The position numbers were made by a program, and so were the translations under genes. Below, piece by piece: positions 46,057 to 48,521 of a DNA stretch of 48,521 nt. Positions within the stretch are counted from its first letter, which is position 1, and every line of letters starts with the position of its first letter. Source of the stretch: Candidatus Thalassarchaeaceae archaeon (GTDB taxonomy: Archaea; Thermoplasmatota; Poseidoniia; Poseidoniales; Thalassarchaeaceae); the NCBI GenBank assembly GCA_030747675.1, contig JASLKH010000056.1, forward strand, positions 1 to 48,521, written 5' to 3'. The notes beneath the pieces were generated by a model that saw only the letters and a program-made list of their open reading frames with translations, was not told where the DNA came from and did no database searches.

Positions 46057-47850
46057 ATGAAACGTCTCCCATTATACAAAATCGCAATTAAAAGGTTAGA
46101 AATGCCAATTAGCACATATCTACTAACTTATGTCTTGCCTGCTGGGATGACTGGCCTTCTTCTTTCCCTTTTTCTTTTCTTTACATTAGGCTCAATGTTC
46201 GTCGGGGCTTCAGGAATATTCCTGCTGGTAATGTTCCCAACACTTGCTCTTACAGCAACTTTAGTTTGGCCCCTAATTCAAGCCGCCCGGCACGCGGTTT
46301 TGATTGAGAAAGAAATGCACATGTTCATCACTCGAATGGGAATTCTGAGTATAGGCGAAGTGAACGCACAATCGATGTTCGATATTTTACGACAAATGGG
46401 CGATTATGGGGCACTTGCAGAAGAAGTAAAATCCATTGAAACTCTTGTTGAAAAATGGCACACTAGCCTTCCGGAGGCCGCCCGGATTATTGGGCGCCAG
46501 AGCGCCTCCCCAATTTGGGGTGATTTTTTGGATCGAATGGCCTTTTCAGTAGAAGCAGGCCAACCAATTGATGAATTCATGAAGGCTGAGCAAAAGACAT
46601 TTGCAAAGGAATTTGACACACTTTATGATACAAGATTAGAATCCATTGACATGCTTAAGGAAATTTATATCTCATTAACAACAACTGGAATATTTGCAAT
46701 TGTAGTTTCGGGTATTCACTTGGTATTGTTCGTTACAGATGATTACGGCTCCTCGATTATTGGTATTATGACACGGATTAGATGGGTTTTATTGGCAGCA
46801 GTAGTATTCGTCTCTATTCAAGTTGCAATGTTAGCCGCATTCAGGGCAATAGTGCCCGACGACCCAATTTTTGGGCGACATGACTTTGATACAGAATACA
46901 TCTCGACATTACGACAAATGTGGGTTGCTGCAGGGAGTGCAGCATTACCCATTCTTATTTCTGCAATAGCAGTAATTGTGCTGTATTTTGAAACAATATC
47001 GAAATCTTGGGATCAGTATGGATTAGTTCTTGCAGCCTTAATTTTCACACCATTTTTGATTCCAGGTATTACAGCATCTCGTGAAGAAAAGGGAGTAGTC
47101 CGAAGAGACGATTCTTACCCAGGTTTCATTCGTGCATTAGGGGGAACAGCACAAGCTAGGGCAGCAGAACCTTCGGCCACAATCAAGGCATTGCGAGGTA
47201 TTGATTTCGGCTCTTTGAACCAACCAATAGCAGGATTAGAAAGTCGGTTGATGCTTAGAATTGATTCGGAACGCAGTTGGGATTGGTTCTCTGCAGAAGT
47301 GAATTCTGCTATGGTTTCAAGATTCAACAGAATTTATCTTGAGGGTGCTCAGTCAAGTGGTGAACCTGCTGCAGTTGCAGATTTGGTCAGTCAAAATACG
47401 ACAAACCTCCTCTCACTTCGTCGTCGAAGATCACTATCGGCTAGTACGATGCGAGGAGTTGCGTATGGACTTTTAGTGGCAACAATAGTTTCATTCAATA
47501 TTGCAATCGCAGTAGTCTTCCGCCTTGGAACCGACGTTGCTGGTGTGGCCCAAGGAATGGGCGACATGGACTTCGGCGAAATCACATCAAATGCAGGAGG
47601 TCTTGGTTTACCAGTTCTTGAAGAATCTGGTGCAGTTGAACAAAATATTGTTTTGTTCAAAATAATTACATCGATTTTGATTATATTGATGGTTTTGATT
47701 TTATCAGCAATTGCAACAAGACTTAGAGGAGGTGGCATTTCATTAGCCTTGGGTCAAATAGCCACGATGATGTGGATTGCTGCAATTGCAAGTTGGCTTA
47801 CAGTATCCCTTTTGGATGCTACTTTAGGTGCATTTTTCGCTTCTGGATAA
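46057..47850 (+). CDS. arlJ: Archaellum platform membrane protein ArlJ
   Basis: FITRMG, YGALAEE, DFLDRMAFS, FIRALG, polytopic TM pattern, directly after arlI. Start 46045 or 46057. Confidence 0.92.
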   Translation: MKRLPLYKIAIKRLEMPISTYLLTYVLPAGMTGLLLSLFLFFTLGSMFVGASGIFLLVMFPTLALTATLVWPLIQAARHAVLIEKEMHMFITRMGILSIGEVNAQSMFDILRQMGDYGALAEEVKSIETLVEKWHTSLPEAARIIGRQSASPIWGDFLDRMAFSVEAGQPIDEFMKAEQKTFAKEFDTLYDTRLESIDMLKEIYISLTTTGIFAIVVSGIHLVLFVTDDYGSSIIGIMTRIRWVLLAAVVFVSIQVAMLAAFRAIVPDDPIFGRHDFDTEYISTLRQMWVAAGSAALPILISAIAVIVLYFETISKSWDQYGLVLAALIFTPFLIPGITASREEKGVVRRDDSYPGFIRALGGTAQARAAEPSATIKALRGIDFGSLNQPIAGLESRLMLRIDSERSWDWFSAEVNSAMVSRFNRIYLEGAQSSGEPAAVADLVSQNTTNLLSLRRRRSLSASTMRGVAYGLLVATIVSFNIAIAVVFRLGTDVAGVAQGMGDMDFGEITSNAGGLGLPVLEESGAVEQNIVLFKIITSILIILMVLILSAIATRLRGGGISLALGQIATMMWIAAIASWLTVSLLDATLGAFFASG

Positions 47851-47904
47851 AATCACAACTGATTTGAATGATTCCCTCGCCCGACAATCTAAGGAGGAGT
47901 GCCT

Positions 47905-48521
47905 ATGTCGCAAATTACCGATGAACTTTCAAGAGTGAGTGATTGGGCAAATGACCTTCCGTATTATGGAAAAATAGGCCTTTGTTTTGGCTTAAGTATC
48001 CTTGCCCTCTCTTTTACCAAATACATCGTTATCAAGAAACTAGGTGATTTAGTAAACAAAACTGAAATCGGGTGGGACAATGATTTGTTCAGACCCATAT
48101 CGATTAGAGCTCTAGCATTTGTCCTCCTTTTCTGTGTGAATGCATCACTAGCATGGATTGACCCTACAAGACTAGAATCCATCATACATTTACTGAATAT
48201 TTTGTATATTTTCATTCTAACCAGCATGCTTAGCATTACAGTGGGCGTCATAATTCACCCCATTCTAGCATACTTTCATTCTGTTGAAACTGGAGTTGCA
48301 GTTACTGGTAGGAACATATTCTTACAGGGCTTTTTGCAACTTATCATTTGGATTGTCGGATTCTTCCTCATTATGAATGAAACAAATGTCGACCTCGGCG
48401 GTTTGTTGGCATCATTTGCAGTATTCTCCCTGATTGTCGGTATAGCATTACAACAAACTCTTGGTAACATCCTTAATTCCTTCATGTTGGCTATGGATCG
48501 CCCATTCGATGTAGGGGATCG
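47905..48521 (+). CDS. mscS: Small-conductance mechanosensitive channel, 3' truncated
   Basis: Absent from the ORF track. ATG at 47905 after AAGGAGGAG. The hand-translated end ...VGIALQQTLGNILNSFMLAMDRPFDVGD is the MscS TM3/beta-domain signature, in frame. Confidence 0.9.
   Translation, partial: MSQITDELSRVSDWANDLPYYGKIGLCFGLSILALSFTKYIVIKKLGDLVNKTEIGWDNDLFRPISIRALAFVLLFCVNASLAWIDPTRLESIIHLLNILYIFILTSMLSITVGVIIHPILAYFHSVETGVAVTGRNIFLQGFLQLIIWIVGFFLIMNETNVDLGGLLASFAVFSLIVGIALQQTLGNILNSFMLAMDRPFDVGD

Overview
Archaeal chromosomal window. The gene set (archaeal L18a/LX, exosome-type DnaG, GGAGGTGA-like ribosome-binding sites, a euryarchaeal archaellum operon with no adjacent che genes, a secreted subtilase and many orphan membrane proteins) is most consistent with Marine Group II Euryarchaeota (Ca. 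Poseidoniales). That assignment is an inference, not a database result. The left two-thirds is mostly housekeeping: S8 peptidase, rplX, purN, mobA, dnaG, redoxin, methyltransferase, Lrp, eno, a class I aminotransferase, tRNA-Cys, a group II decarboxylase, rlmH, pduO, NUDIX and DHH, mixed with orphans. The most interesting part is an unbroken plus-strand run from about 26.4 kb to the window end. It contains an 1118-aa helical protein with a C-terminal PIN domain, an AT-rich spacer with five AATTAATT boxes, and a putative RHH/winged-helix protein. These are followed by a tightly coupled block (membrane-anchored YfaP-like protein, TerB-like protein, 1055-aa helical-repeat protein with two YfaP-like domains, 1594-aa Ig-repeat surface protein with a polytopic anchor, and an overlapping partner) that runs directly into arlB-(C/D/E)-F-G-H-I-J and mscS. 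Other highlights are a hairpin-rich GC-rich leader before dnaG, a SAP-domain protein fused to a claudin-like tetraspan, and two coding tandem repeats. No CRISPR array, rRNA, integrase or transposase was seen. All family assignments come from motif recognition by eye.
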